Assembly (NCBI RefSeq): GCF_964204645.1
Contig: NC_134030.1
Coordinates: 21,784,210 to 21,848,209 of the forward strand
Length of the DNA stretch: 64,000 bases
Direction: 5' to 3'
DNA from: Tubulanus polymorphus
Lineage: Eukaryota; Animalia; Nemertea
Part shown: in pieces, positions 23,101-35,100 of the stretch
How the letters are laid out: every line of letters begins with the position of its first letter
Position numbering within the stretch: position 1 is the first letter of the stretch
The notes under the pieces: generated by a model
Told to the model about the DNA's origin: nothing
The model's database searches: none
What the model saw: only the letters and a program-made list of their open reading frames with translations
Position numbers and translations under genes: made by a program

Positions 23101-26100
23101 AGGGTGAAGGTCGACTGGCATTGAGTAAGGGTGAAGGTCGACTGGTACTGAGTAAGGGTGAAGGTCGACTGGTACTGAGTAAGGGTGAAGGTCGACTGGT
23201 AGTGAGTAAGGGTGAAGGTCGACTGGTACTGAGTAAGGGTGGCGGTCGACTGGTACTGAGTAAGGGTGAAGGTCGACTGGTACTGAGTAAGGGTGGCGGT
23301 CGACTGGTATTGAGTAAGGGTGAAGGTCGACTGGTACTGAGTAAGGGTGAAGGTCGACTGGTAGTGAGTAAGGGTGAAGGTCGACTGGTATTGAGTAAGG
23401 GTGAAGGTCGACTGGTACTGAGTAAGGGTGAAGGTCGACTAGTACTGAGTAAGGGTGAAGGTCGACTGGTATTGAGTAAGGGTGAAGGTCGACTGGTATT
23501 GAGTAAGGGTGAAGGTCGACTGGTACTGAGTAAGGGTGGCGGTCGACTGGTACTGAGTAAGGGTGAAGGTCGACTGGTACTGAGTAAGGGTGAAGGTCGA
23601 CTGGTACTGAGTAAGGGTGAAGGTCGACTGGTACTGAGTAAGGGTGGCGGTCGACTGGTATTGAGTAAGGGTGAAGGTCGACTGGTACTGAGTAAGGGTG
23701 AAGGTCGACTGGTAGTGAGTAAGGGTGAAGGTCGACTGGTACTGAGTAAGGGTGAAGGTCGACTGTATTTTTAAGAGGATATTTGACGCTGTAGCAGCAT
23801 ATGAAAAGTTTACAACATCAGTCGATGTCACAGTTGTTTCTAATGAGCATTATATAATTACAGATTCACTAGAGACTGTTTTAGAAGAGAAATGTAAAGA
23901 CAATCTCAGTATGTGGTCATCAAAACAGTGGGAATATGATATATCTACCGCGAGTAAGTTCAAGGTGAAATCAGTTTGTGATTTATAATAGAATTCTATT
24001 GTATAAAAACTTGTCTATTGTTTATTACATGTAGTGTCTGTACTCAGTGAATTTACCAGTACAACTTTAAAGACAAACACAGGTTATTGGAAACAAGTCA
24101 AAGAATGTTTCGGTAAATGATAAATTCTTGTTTCGCTTCTGAATGTTTTTAGTGATCAGATTTTTATGTTTTGAATAATAATTGTTTGTTCTGTTTGAAT
24201 AGGAGATAAAATTGACAGTGAAAAAAATACAACTGAACTTACAAAAACAGGTGAATATCAATAGAATAACAGTTCTTTACTCAAATTAACAAATTGAATT
24301 TTGAAGTTGGATATCGAGTCTAGATATTTTAATTTCTCTGGTAAACTATTCCAGAATTTCGCTCCTTGAATTTTCATAGATATATACTTGTATTTAGATT
24401 TAGCAAAGATTTTGGGTGTTCCTGAGAATGAAAAAATCTTAGTGAAAATATTAGTTTATTTACTCCACAATTATACAATTGCGCAGAGCAGAAAATTATT
24501 TTACAATATACATTGCGACATTTAACATTTGAAATGTATTAAACATTTGCGTATATACAACGCCAGTTTTTTAAGGGTTTGGCAATTTGACTTGAACAAA
24601 TCATACAATTTTACGTTATTGGGGAATCTCTAATAACGCTCCGGGATGTATCTTGCTCTGGATTCCTGGGGCAGACGAGTAAAAAGTGATATTCGTCCCC
24701 CACCGCCTCTAAATCACACTTTTGGCACGGCCTATTGGCACGGGCAATTATATAGGACTATATATATAACCACTGACCAAGTGAACTAGTTCTATTGGTC
24801 TAAATTTTTAAGTGTGTAACTGTAGATGAGTTAAATCCGTTGCGTTTAAACTAGGAAGTTACTCATTATCATCGGTTCAATTCTCGGCTAGAAATCGAGC
24901 ATAGCTTGAAAAAAAACATGTTTAGAGTGTAAAACTAAGAGGTGTTTGAAAGTCGTCTTTGTTTACATTTTTTATCGGTATGAAAATTAAGTCAAACAAA
25001 TTTTGTTTGTTTATACGTAGTTGATGAGTGTTTGGGTGAATGCATTAAAACAATGGTTGATGAATGGAATCCTGGTGAGTACCCCTCATATGGTGGCTGA
25101 TAAGGGCCACGAAAATATGTCCTGACAAAAAAATAATTGCGTAATGAAAAATGAATTTCCATCTAAAAATATTCGTGAGTAAAAATAATTTGAGTTCAAT
25201 TTGAGTACAGGACTCAAATGCAAATCGTAATTTCAGTACCTGAGTACCATAAGCTATTGGACCTTGAGTGAGTACCATTTATTGACTGTCGGAATAAGTC
25301 AGTATGATGAGAGTACATGCGGAGTACTTTAGCAAAAATAATAGACATGTATACTTATAATCGCGCTGTTGTTTTAATTCACCATTAATTAATTATTACT
25401 CACACAATCAGTTAGACAGCTGTCAATTCGACGCCTGTGATAACAGTTTGTTTTGTAATTAATTGTGTGCTCAAACATGTCTGTCAACTTTTATAGTATT
25501 ATATAAATAGAATGTAAATCCATGAACAGCAGTTGAGTTTGAGACGAGTCTTGGAGCCTGATACATCTTTCAGGCAAATTCCCAAGCTACTCGATTGAGA
25601 ATCTAAAGAATAAAATCGTCTACGTTTAGTGCTGAAAACTACTAGCTTTCTCATTGTTGCATAACTCAGGATTTAATCGTAGCTGGAGCTTCCCCGAAAG
25701 ACGAGTTAGAACAATTAGTTTTGTTAAAGTACAGTCATACAGTCACTCAACTGAGTACCCGGCCCCGGTTACATGAATTGTGTGTAAAGGAATTAAAATG
25801 ATGCTATTCAGAGATCAAGTTGAAACAAACTGCAAAATGAACAAGGTTAAGTGACAGAATTTCATGTTTTGTTGTTTGTAGATGCTTTCAAGTACAACAA
25901 GATGATTATAGGGACAGGTGAATATATCGTATATGAATCACCTAGGGCCGGTTCTATAGTAATCATTATAGTTAAAACCAGTCTAAGACGATTTCGGTTT
26001 TACAGCCGATCTAACAACTTAGAACCAGTTGTAAGATTTAAGACGAATTTTGGATTCAATTTTCGATTATGGAGCCGGCCACTGGTTCAATGAAAAACCA

Positions 26101-29100
26101 ATTTGAATTCATAATAAAAATCTGTTTGATTTTCTATCTATTTATATTTCAGCGGGTCCAGAAGAGATAAGTGAGTTCTGAGATGAGTAGAATTTATTTT
26201 AGATTTTCACTATTTTGATCTTTAAAGTGATTGTTAGATGTGTGTAGTGACGGGTACCGGCATCTGTGTGAACTGATGCAGACAATCACGCACGATTCAT
26301 TGGCTTCACAAGAGCAACAATCATTATGAGTTCAGTGATAACTTGTTATTCATAATTGCCGCCCCCATAAAACATTTTAATGCAATTTATTTCTCCAGAT
26401 ATTTTATACAGAAAAAAATATCACTAAAATAGAAGCCAGTTGTCAATATCATCACGTGGTGGACCTAAAACCTTAAGTAACACTTATCTGTTTATCAGAC
26501 AGTTGTAGTCAGCGCTTGCCTCTGATTTTGTGGAAACAATGAATAATAGTGACGTCGAATTACAAGTCACACGAGTTTGTTTAAGTCAGTGATTTTCTAT
26601 ATTGATAGATTCTAAACTACATGAATTAGCTGATAAAGAGTTTGAAGATAAGAAAGGTACTGTACACATTACAAAGTGTGAAATTCAACATCTTTCATGT
26701 CTTAAATCTTATTGATGTTTTATGATCAATGATGTTTATTACAGTCATTAGGGAACAATCATTCGAACGTATAAAGACACCGGAAGAAATATTGCCTCTA
26801 AAACTGAAAATACCGGCACAACTCGGCACTGGTAAGTGACTACACTGAAAAACTGCATGTTTGAATTGGAATTCGATACAGTAAACTTTGCCTCGAATAA
26901 ACTGTTAATATTTCACTGAGTTGAGAATCAGGTTAATCCTTTTATCACAAAACTTTCAGTATTTTCAAAATTTTAAGATTTTATCTAAAATTTTTGTAGA
27001 TTTTGATTCAGCTGGACGAGATGCAGTTATTCTGCCGGATCAAGCAGGTATTGTATAAGTTAAGTCTGTAAAAAAAACTTAAGATAACCCGTTTAATGTC
27101 ACTGATCTCTTAACGCCAACATATTTCAGGGAACAAATGCCGCAAATCTAAATTCAATGGAAATACCATTCTTTATAAAGCCACATATTTCATCGGTGCC
27201 AACAGTGGTATTATGAAAGACTTTTTCTGTGATAACAAAATTTTCAGTTTTTTAAGAGCACTAGCCTGAAATATATTCTGCAACTGATCTTTGTCCTTGA
27301 AAAGACGATAAATTCTTCTAAGTTCTTGTAACGAATCCTTAAACTGCTCTTTATTAATACCAGAAATCGCTCTTCCGTCATATACCTAATTGTGAGGTTA
27401 AGGCCCTGTTTATGGTGTTCTAACCCATGGTTTACTGGTCTTTTGAATGTCCAGGAAGTGAATGTCTTTTAAAGCGACAAAAGTTTTAAATTCAGAAACC
27501 ACACTCAATGAATGTTGTGTCTATGTTTGCTGTTTTTATGTGAATTTCAGTGAAATATTTCAAGGATGAATTCATTATTGCAATACAATCTGATGAATCA
27601 TTGAAAACTGCTACTCGAACTGCTTTAGATAACAGTAAGTTACGTCTACAGTAAACTACATTTATATCTACAGTAAACTACATTTACATCCATAGTAAAC
27701 TACATTTACATCTACAGTAAACTACATTTGTGTACATCTGTAAGACTACATTTATCTACAAAATCAAAAATTAGATACAGTTATTCACTAAGATTTTCGA
27801 TTCTTGAAATTTTTTTCTATTCTTAAGCATCAAGCGAAATCAACAATTTGCTGAAGAAAGAAAACTGGAAAGGTAAATTGTTTGATGAAATGTGTGTAAA
27901 ATGTTTATTTTTACGAATAAAAAAAATGAATATTTTAGGAACCACAAATGACTGGTTTATTTTAATCACTTCTATGATTTCAAATTAACTGCTGATTTTA
28001 CTGTGTAAAACAATTTAAAGATTTTCTTCTATTTTCAGTTAATGGAATTTATAATGATGTGAAATCCAGAATACAATCAATGTCTACAGGTTTGTATTTC
28101 AACGATTCACTATCAATTCACCCATTAAAATGTAACCGTATTCTCCCCCGGGCAAGCGCCCTTTTTGTGACCCATATCATATCATTTCATCACATCATAC
28201 ACTTGTATAACGGTTTATTCCAATTTCGCCGCTTATTTATTCCAATTTGGCCTTTTTCCCAATCAACCCCTTTTCCCATTTTGCCCCTTTCCTATTTCGC
28301 CCTTTGTTCACATTTTCACCCCGTTTTTGTACATTTTCAAAGAAGCTTAGTTGAATTTAAGCTGCATTGTAACATGATTATGTTAATTGTGCCTGTGCCT
28401 AAATAACTTCAGTCATTTAGATTATGTGAATTTCAATCAAAAACAGAAAGGTACAAGGTGGAAAAGGGGCAAAAAAAAGATTGGCGGGGCTGAAAAAATG
28501 GTAAGGGTGAAATTGAAAACGAGTGAGATGGGAAGGGGCTAAATGGAAAAGGGGTCAACTAGGAAGGGAAGACATCTTGTATATCATGTCAACACGCATG
28601 CACGCACGTCGCACGCACGCACGCACGCACACAATCATATTGCGTTACGTCATTTTTGCTTGTAAAATGTAATTTCGAAGTTGATTAACTTCATTTTATT
28701 TTTCATCACGGAACGATTTTCATTGCTGAATTTACGTTCTTTTTCTATTTGTGATTTCAGAGGAATTAAAGAAACGAAAGGAACGAAAAATCGTAGCTTA
28801 TAGAAGTGAGTAAAATGCGTGTTTGATTTATTCAACAATTCCACAGTTTTGAGTTACCCTAAACCTATTAACACTAACACTAGACTCCCTTCCCCTAACA
28901 CTAACTAGACTTCTAAGCTGTCCACTATTGAGATGAACAAAATTCAAAGAAATAGAAAATTAGGATATTTTTTTCTCAAAATCGCTTCACATCGCAAAAA
29001 TACCTCAAACTCTTGACAAAAAACATAGACCAATATTACATACAATCTTGAAAATAAAGTATAGAATTAAAGCACACTGAATAATCATATAATGAATAAT

Positions 29101-32100
29101 AATGATAATTTCAAAAAAAATAACAGAATTAAACATCAGCAGAAATAAATACTCATGAAAAAGAATAAATCTATAACTTTTTTTTGAAAGATGATAAAAG
29201 CGTTTAGTCGCAATGATATTCTACAAATGAATAAGATTTAAAGAAATTTAGATTTAAATGAAAACAAGTGAAAAGTGAACTGTATGAATTAACTTGTTTA
29301 TATATACTCAATGTTTATATATGAATTATTGTTGTTTTCTGTTTTTCAGTAAAAGATGAAATAGCGAGTAAGTACTGATAACATCTTCCACATTAGAGTC
29401 TAGATAAATAGATATTTGTCATGTCCTGTTTTGAATAATGGTTCTCATATAGCTCCTAAATCAGTTCAGAGTACTTGAAATGCTGCACGAAATGCTGCCT
29501 TAGAAAGGAAACATTTCAGGGGCTTCCCACATTCATCAATGGATGAAATTGCCCGTGGAGGCTTCGGGCGGATCTAGCCTAGGTTTCTGTGAGTACCGCT
29601 CAACTGTGGAAGGGTAAGCCCAATCATAACCCAATTACGGTACTCCCTCAGAAAATCGTGAAGTTTTCTAGGAAATATTTATGAAAGCAATAAGAAGGTT
29701 ACCATTTTCGATTATTCGAATTAACCATTTCTATTACTTCTACCAGATTACTAGCCTGGAATATAACATACATGGTGTACAACTCAAACCCTGATCAAAT
29801 TCAAATCAACTCATCGATAATAACTCGCTTGCCAGGGGTAATTTCTTCCTGTTAAAACGAGATTTTCACGAGGAACGTGAAAAATAGAAGGGTTTTTCTA
29901 CAAACTGAGTACCGTTCAAGGCGGTAGTAGGTTACGGTAAGCTGGATCCACCCCTGGGCGGCTTGTTCCACAAATTTGGGGTACTACATGTACTATTACT
30001 TCTTCATGGCTCGTAGTATTTGACTCGCAGTGGCTTTCGACTTAAATGAATAAATCTGTGGAGATGAAAAAATTGTCCTGATTGATCTTCGATATCCCGG
30101 TTTATTTATAAATCAGTACAATCAATATTCATTCTCTGGTTTATCGACTTGATTTGTAGATGTGAAAGGAGAACATGTTTCCCTCTCCCTGCAGTAATCT
30201 ATTGTGTTTATTCTGTTTCAGTGAAAAACATCAAACTAATTATTGCAAACAGAATCCCAATATATAAAGGTGAATACATTGTGTAGACTGTTAAGTTATA
30301 CTAGCAAAGAACCAGCCGTCCTGAACGGGTTTTATCGTGATTGAGTTTGAGTTGATTATTTTACTTCTCATGTGGAATACACAGTTATTTCGCATAAAGT
30401 CGACTGTATTTTGTAGGAGGATATTGTGACGCTATAGCAACATAAATAGTTTACATCAGTTGACATCATGATAGTTTATAAATATGTCTTTGCTCCTCAT
30501 TAGGTACATTTTAACATTTATAATTACAGGCACGCTAGTGACTGTTTTAGAAGAGAAATGTAAAAAGGCTTCCAGTTGGACATTCAAGAACTGGGTTTAT
30601 GATATATCACTCGTGTGTAAGTTCACAGTGAAATTAGTTTGTGATTTATAATAGAATTCTATTGTATAAAAACTTGTCTATTGTTTATTACATATAGTGT
30701 CTGAACTCAGTGAATTAACCAGTAAAACTTTAAAGACAAACACAGGTTATTGGAAACAAGTCAAAGAATGTTTCGGTGAATTATAAATTCTCGTTTCACT
30801 GAATATTAAGCTTTTTATTAAATAATTCAATCTAAATTTTGAATAATAATTGTTTCTGTTTGAATAGGAGATGAAATTGACAGGGAAACAAATAAAACTG
30901 AACTGACAGAAATAGGTGAATATAAAAAAAGATTCAGATAAACAAAATCATTGAGTTCATTAAAGATGAAATTAATCAGATCTCCAGAGGCATCAGTTTT
31001 GATTCAGAGTAATGTAAGATAAAAGTGTTTGAAAGACGTCGTCACTGTTTGATTGTTCACAGTTTGTATCTATGTGAAAATTTAATTTGTTTATAGTTGA
31101 TGAGTGTTTGCGTGAATGCACTAAAACAATGCGTGATAAATGGAGTTCTGGTGAGTACCCCTCATCAGTACTTCTCGTGAGTACATCTCATGAGTACCAA
31201 TTATGAGTACCTCTTTTAAGTACTTCTCATGAGTGAGTACCATATTCAAATAACTACCAGGCATCTTGGGTACGTCAAGTACAGGACTCAAATACAAATC
31301 GGAAATTGAGTACCCGCGAGTAACATATAGAAACCAGAAGTTTAGTGAGTTTAGTAATTTAACACAGATTAACAGTCCGGTACCTGAATAAAGACGTTTC
31401 CAGTTTCAAGGCGCCAGTGAGTTTCTAGTGAAATGGCGGTGCGCAGTGGGAGACCCCTTTGGCGTGTAATCTCGAACTCAAGCGGTTACAAATTAGTCGT
31501 CAGGAAAGATATTCAAAGAATTTTAATGCAGGCCCAAACTGCAAATAACCCTCTTTAACCTCTGCGAAAACTGGAAATATAGCTTTAAGAGATACTTAGA
31601 TATTTTAAAATTAATAAATATCGCGATTTCTTTTACGCGCGGTTAAGATATGCGGTCCTTGGTTCAACATTGTCACTGTTCTCAATGTTTGCGTTCAAAA
31701 CATCCAAAAATCATGTATAAATGCTGTATAACTTAAGTTCATCGAACAAGGGACTGCAGAACTATATGATATTCAATCTAAAGTTATGTTTGAAAAATGA
31801 GCGCAAATTATCGCAACAATGGGGACCTCGAGGGACCGCCACAAAATGACGCCTAGAAACTGGAAACCCTTTATTATGACATTTAAATGATGCAATTCAT
31901 TGATCAAGTTAAACTAGCAGTAAACTGGACCAGTCTGAATGACTAGTTTTCTTTAAGCTTTTATTTCATGTTTTAGTATTTTTAGACGATTTCAAGACCA
32001 ACAAGATGATTGTAGATTCAGGTAAATATGGAAATTCATTCACAGGTAACAGATAAGACTCAATCTTGAATTGAAATAAACTGGTCCCTAAATCTTCAAA

Positions 32101-35100
32101 CTGTTTAATAAAGTTTTCTAATTTAAATATCCATCTTTGAAATAAATATATAGCGAGTTTAGCCCGCCGCACACGGCAAAACATTTGTTTCGCCGAAACA
32201 GAAAACACGTTTTTCAGAAAACGTTTTTTGCTCGTGAAGATCGTTTTTCAGTTCGGCGTTTTGTGTTTTGCCTCCCCCGCACACGGCATGACAAAAAACA
32301 TCGAAAACGTTTTTGCACGAGGAAAAAACGTTTTTTGGGTGCCGTCTGCGTTGGGCTTTATTATTCAACTTAAAATCTGTCTCTTGCATGTGCAAGTCAC
32401 GGAGTAAACGTTCTAATTTCTTAGAGAATGTCACAGAGTTAACCATTAATTGTTTTTTCCAAATACAAATGTTTACGACAAACCGCAGTCTTTAAAAATC
32501 TTAATAAATAACATCCAGGGGCTCTTAAACCTATCCTTAACATACAGGTTGAAATATATTTTATAGAGAATGTTGCATTAAGTTTAGTTTGTTTGCACGA
32601 AATCATTTTAACCCACAAGTTAATGATTCAACGCTTTACAATTGTAGGAAAAATGCCAGGGGTGTAAAAGTACAATAGTGAATATAAGTACACGCTTGGG
32701 GTAATATAAATTATCAAATCAGCCACGTTTTAGGAAATTTAAAGAGGGGGAACTTAGGGTACTAAAATACAACCAAATACAGCCAAATACAAACAAATCA
32801 ACCAAATACAACAAATAAAACCAAATACAACCAAATACAATAATTAGTTGGAAATAGAAAGAGATCATTGATAAGATGACGGATAATTAATGCATTCAAC
32901 TTGAATCTATGTAAATAACTGAATTTTTTCATAAGATGGCCTTTTTCCTCCTACACAATAAGTGGCATTTTTACCGGTGGCATTTTTCCTATGTCGCAAA
33001 ATTTTTAATAGTTTCTAAATGTATCTCAATTCGAAGTGGTTTCGCGAAGTTCAGTAAACAGAGTGCAATCAAAGAGAAAATGTAATTCATCCCCAAAACA
33101 TTGCAAATTGGGCACATTCTTTCATTTCTAGGTATATGGAAATTATGTGAATATGTCTATCGGGAATAAATCTATCCAGGAAAATTATGTCCCAGGGAAT
33201 AAACGCCCTCTGAAAAAATATCCCTTTTCTAAGAAAGGACAAAATGTCCCAGTCTATCATTACCGGTACTTATTTGGTAATTAAGAAAATTTCATATCAA
33301 AATAACACGAGAGTTCAAACTTGTTAATTATGTAAATTTCAAACTAAACATCAAAAGAAAGAATTCATAAGTGATCATACGAATTATAAAATTTTAGTAT
33401 CAGTTCGTTTTGCTTATGAGAATTGTTGTCAACTCAGTAAGAAATCAAAACAATTATTTCATTCAGGGTAATCCTGATAATGAATATCTCAGTGTATCAG
33501 CAAATGACTTCACTTTAATTCAAATTCGTAGAATTCGATAGATGATTCCATTGAGCTTAGATTGTTTACCAGATACAGTTTTACACCAAAAATTAATCAT
33601 TCTACGCTTTACCTCAATGAACAAAGGATAACGCGCCCTAACTCTGCTAACACCGGTAAATTATGCGAATACTTCGTCACTATCATTAGAATTTTGCATA
33701 AATACATATTTTCTAATGAGTCTAAATTTTCATATCCGCAGACCTTGCAACCATACATGGCAACAGGGGCAACGCACATATCAAATAATTTAAACATTAC
33801 GTCGATTGGAAGTTTCAGGCGCCTACCTTTTTGAATAATCGAAAACATAGCTCTCATAGCTTTATCGTAAAGATATTTTCTTGCTTTTGCAAAACTTCCG
33901 TTCCAGTTAAATGTAACTCAGAGATACACATTATCTTCAACTTCAATCTCCAATTCCTGATTACCGAACATAAATTTCTGAATTTGCTTAATTCTGGTTT
34001 TACTTCGCACAAACAAAGACTAATATTTTCGTTTTATTGACGTTTATCCCGAGTTCAGATTTGCTATAAACGATTAAGTTGGGTTGCCACGGTCATTTCA
34101 AAAAGTCCTAAATATCATTCAAAAATAAAAAAAAAGGAATAGGCCACAGGTTTTCTTGTCCTTCTGTCTTGTCTATAATAATTTACGCATATGTCACTAA
34201 TTTGCAATTTTTCCTTCAGCCCAGTACTGCCCCCTGGTGACTGTATGAGATGTAACAATTCCGTTATTTGTATTGTAGAAGAGATTTTTGAAGCGATAAA
34301 AGGCGAATATTTTCAAACTCCCGAATTTAGAAGTAAGTTTCCAATAAAATCAGAACCTGTTTTAACAACCAGAACTCAAATATTAATATCTGTATGTATT
34401 GTATTATTATTTATAGGATCAGTTGTGACTGCAGTGAATGAAGCTATCCAGAATTCAGGTATTTGTTAAATATTCTTCAAAAGTTCGAATTCCGTGTTTG
34501 AATTGAGCTCAGTTTGACTGAAGGCGCTTTCTTTTTCAAAATGTAAACTTATATTTTACAGATAGATCACAACACGGCAAAACACCAAACTATGAAGCTG
34601 CAGGTTTGTAAAACTATAATTTCTGTAAATGAATTTGACTTGATGTGGCTGCTACACAGGACCGAATATCATAGATTAGGGGGCAAAATATTCCCCTGGA
34701 CCCAGTTTTATAGACTGGTATTATCTTTAACCCGGGAGTTAACTTAATTGAAATTGAATCAAGTTAGCCCCCCGGATTAAAGTTAATACCAGTCTATAAA
34801 ACCGACCCCTTGGCCCTGGAAACTTTTTGAAAATTGTCAGTAGTTAACATAGTTTCTCAATGTTGCTATGGTGGTTGTCAGCCTGTTTGAGGATTTTCCC
34901 CACGAGGATCATTCATTTATTACGTATGCAAAAAATTCAGAAAAAGCCTCGAGTAAGCTGATAATAGTTAGATCGAGTCCACTATGTAGAAAAAGAGTGG
35001 ATGAAAATGTAGTCACGTGATAAAATTCATCCGGAGCAGAATTGAATTTTAAAAATCATTAAGGTGCGTACAATACGCATTATTATTTACCCCTCCCCCT

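Larger units (their letters stand above)
20284..25917 (+). repeat. 15-micro-exon cassette I (~256 aa): 20284-20301, 20426-20473, 20874-20939, 21072-21119, 21614-21697, 21959-22003, 22088-22138, 22458-22493, 22753-22770, 22979-23026, 23864-23953, 24035-24112, 24203-24250, 25021-25074, 25882-25917
   Basis: Exon-by-exon homology with cassette II (e.g. VSPEEI/AGPEEI; TLKTNTGYWKQVKECF in both). Confidence 0.9.

Noticed and set aside
23121-23774. 217-aa ORF (SKGEGRLVL)n and antisense (QYQSTFTLT)n ORFs, also 61338-61684
   Set aside because: By-products of a stop-free 27-bp intronic minisatellite; no ATG start for the + ORF, and copy number is not conserved.
34191-34469. 92-aa ORF with a hydrophobic stretch suggesting a second TM helix
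   Set aside because: The hydrophobic part lies in the intron between micro-exons 34279-34332 and 34417-34458.
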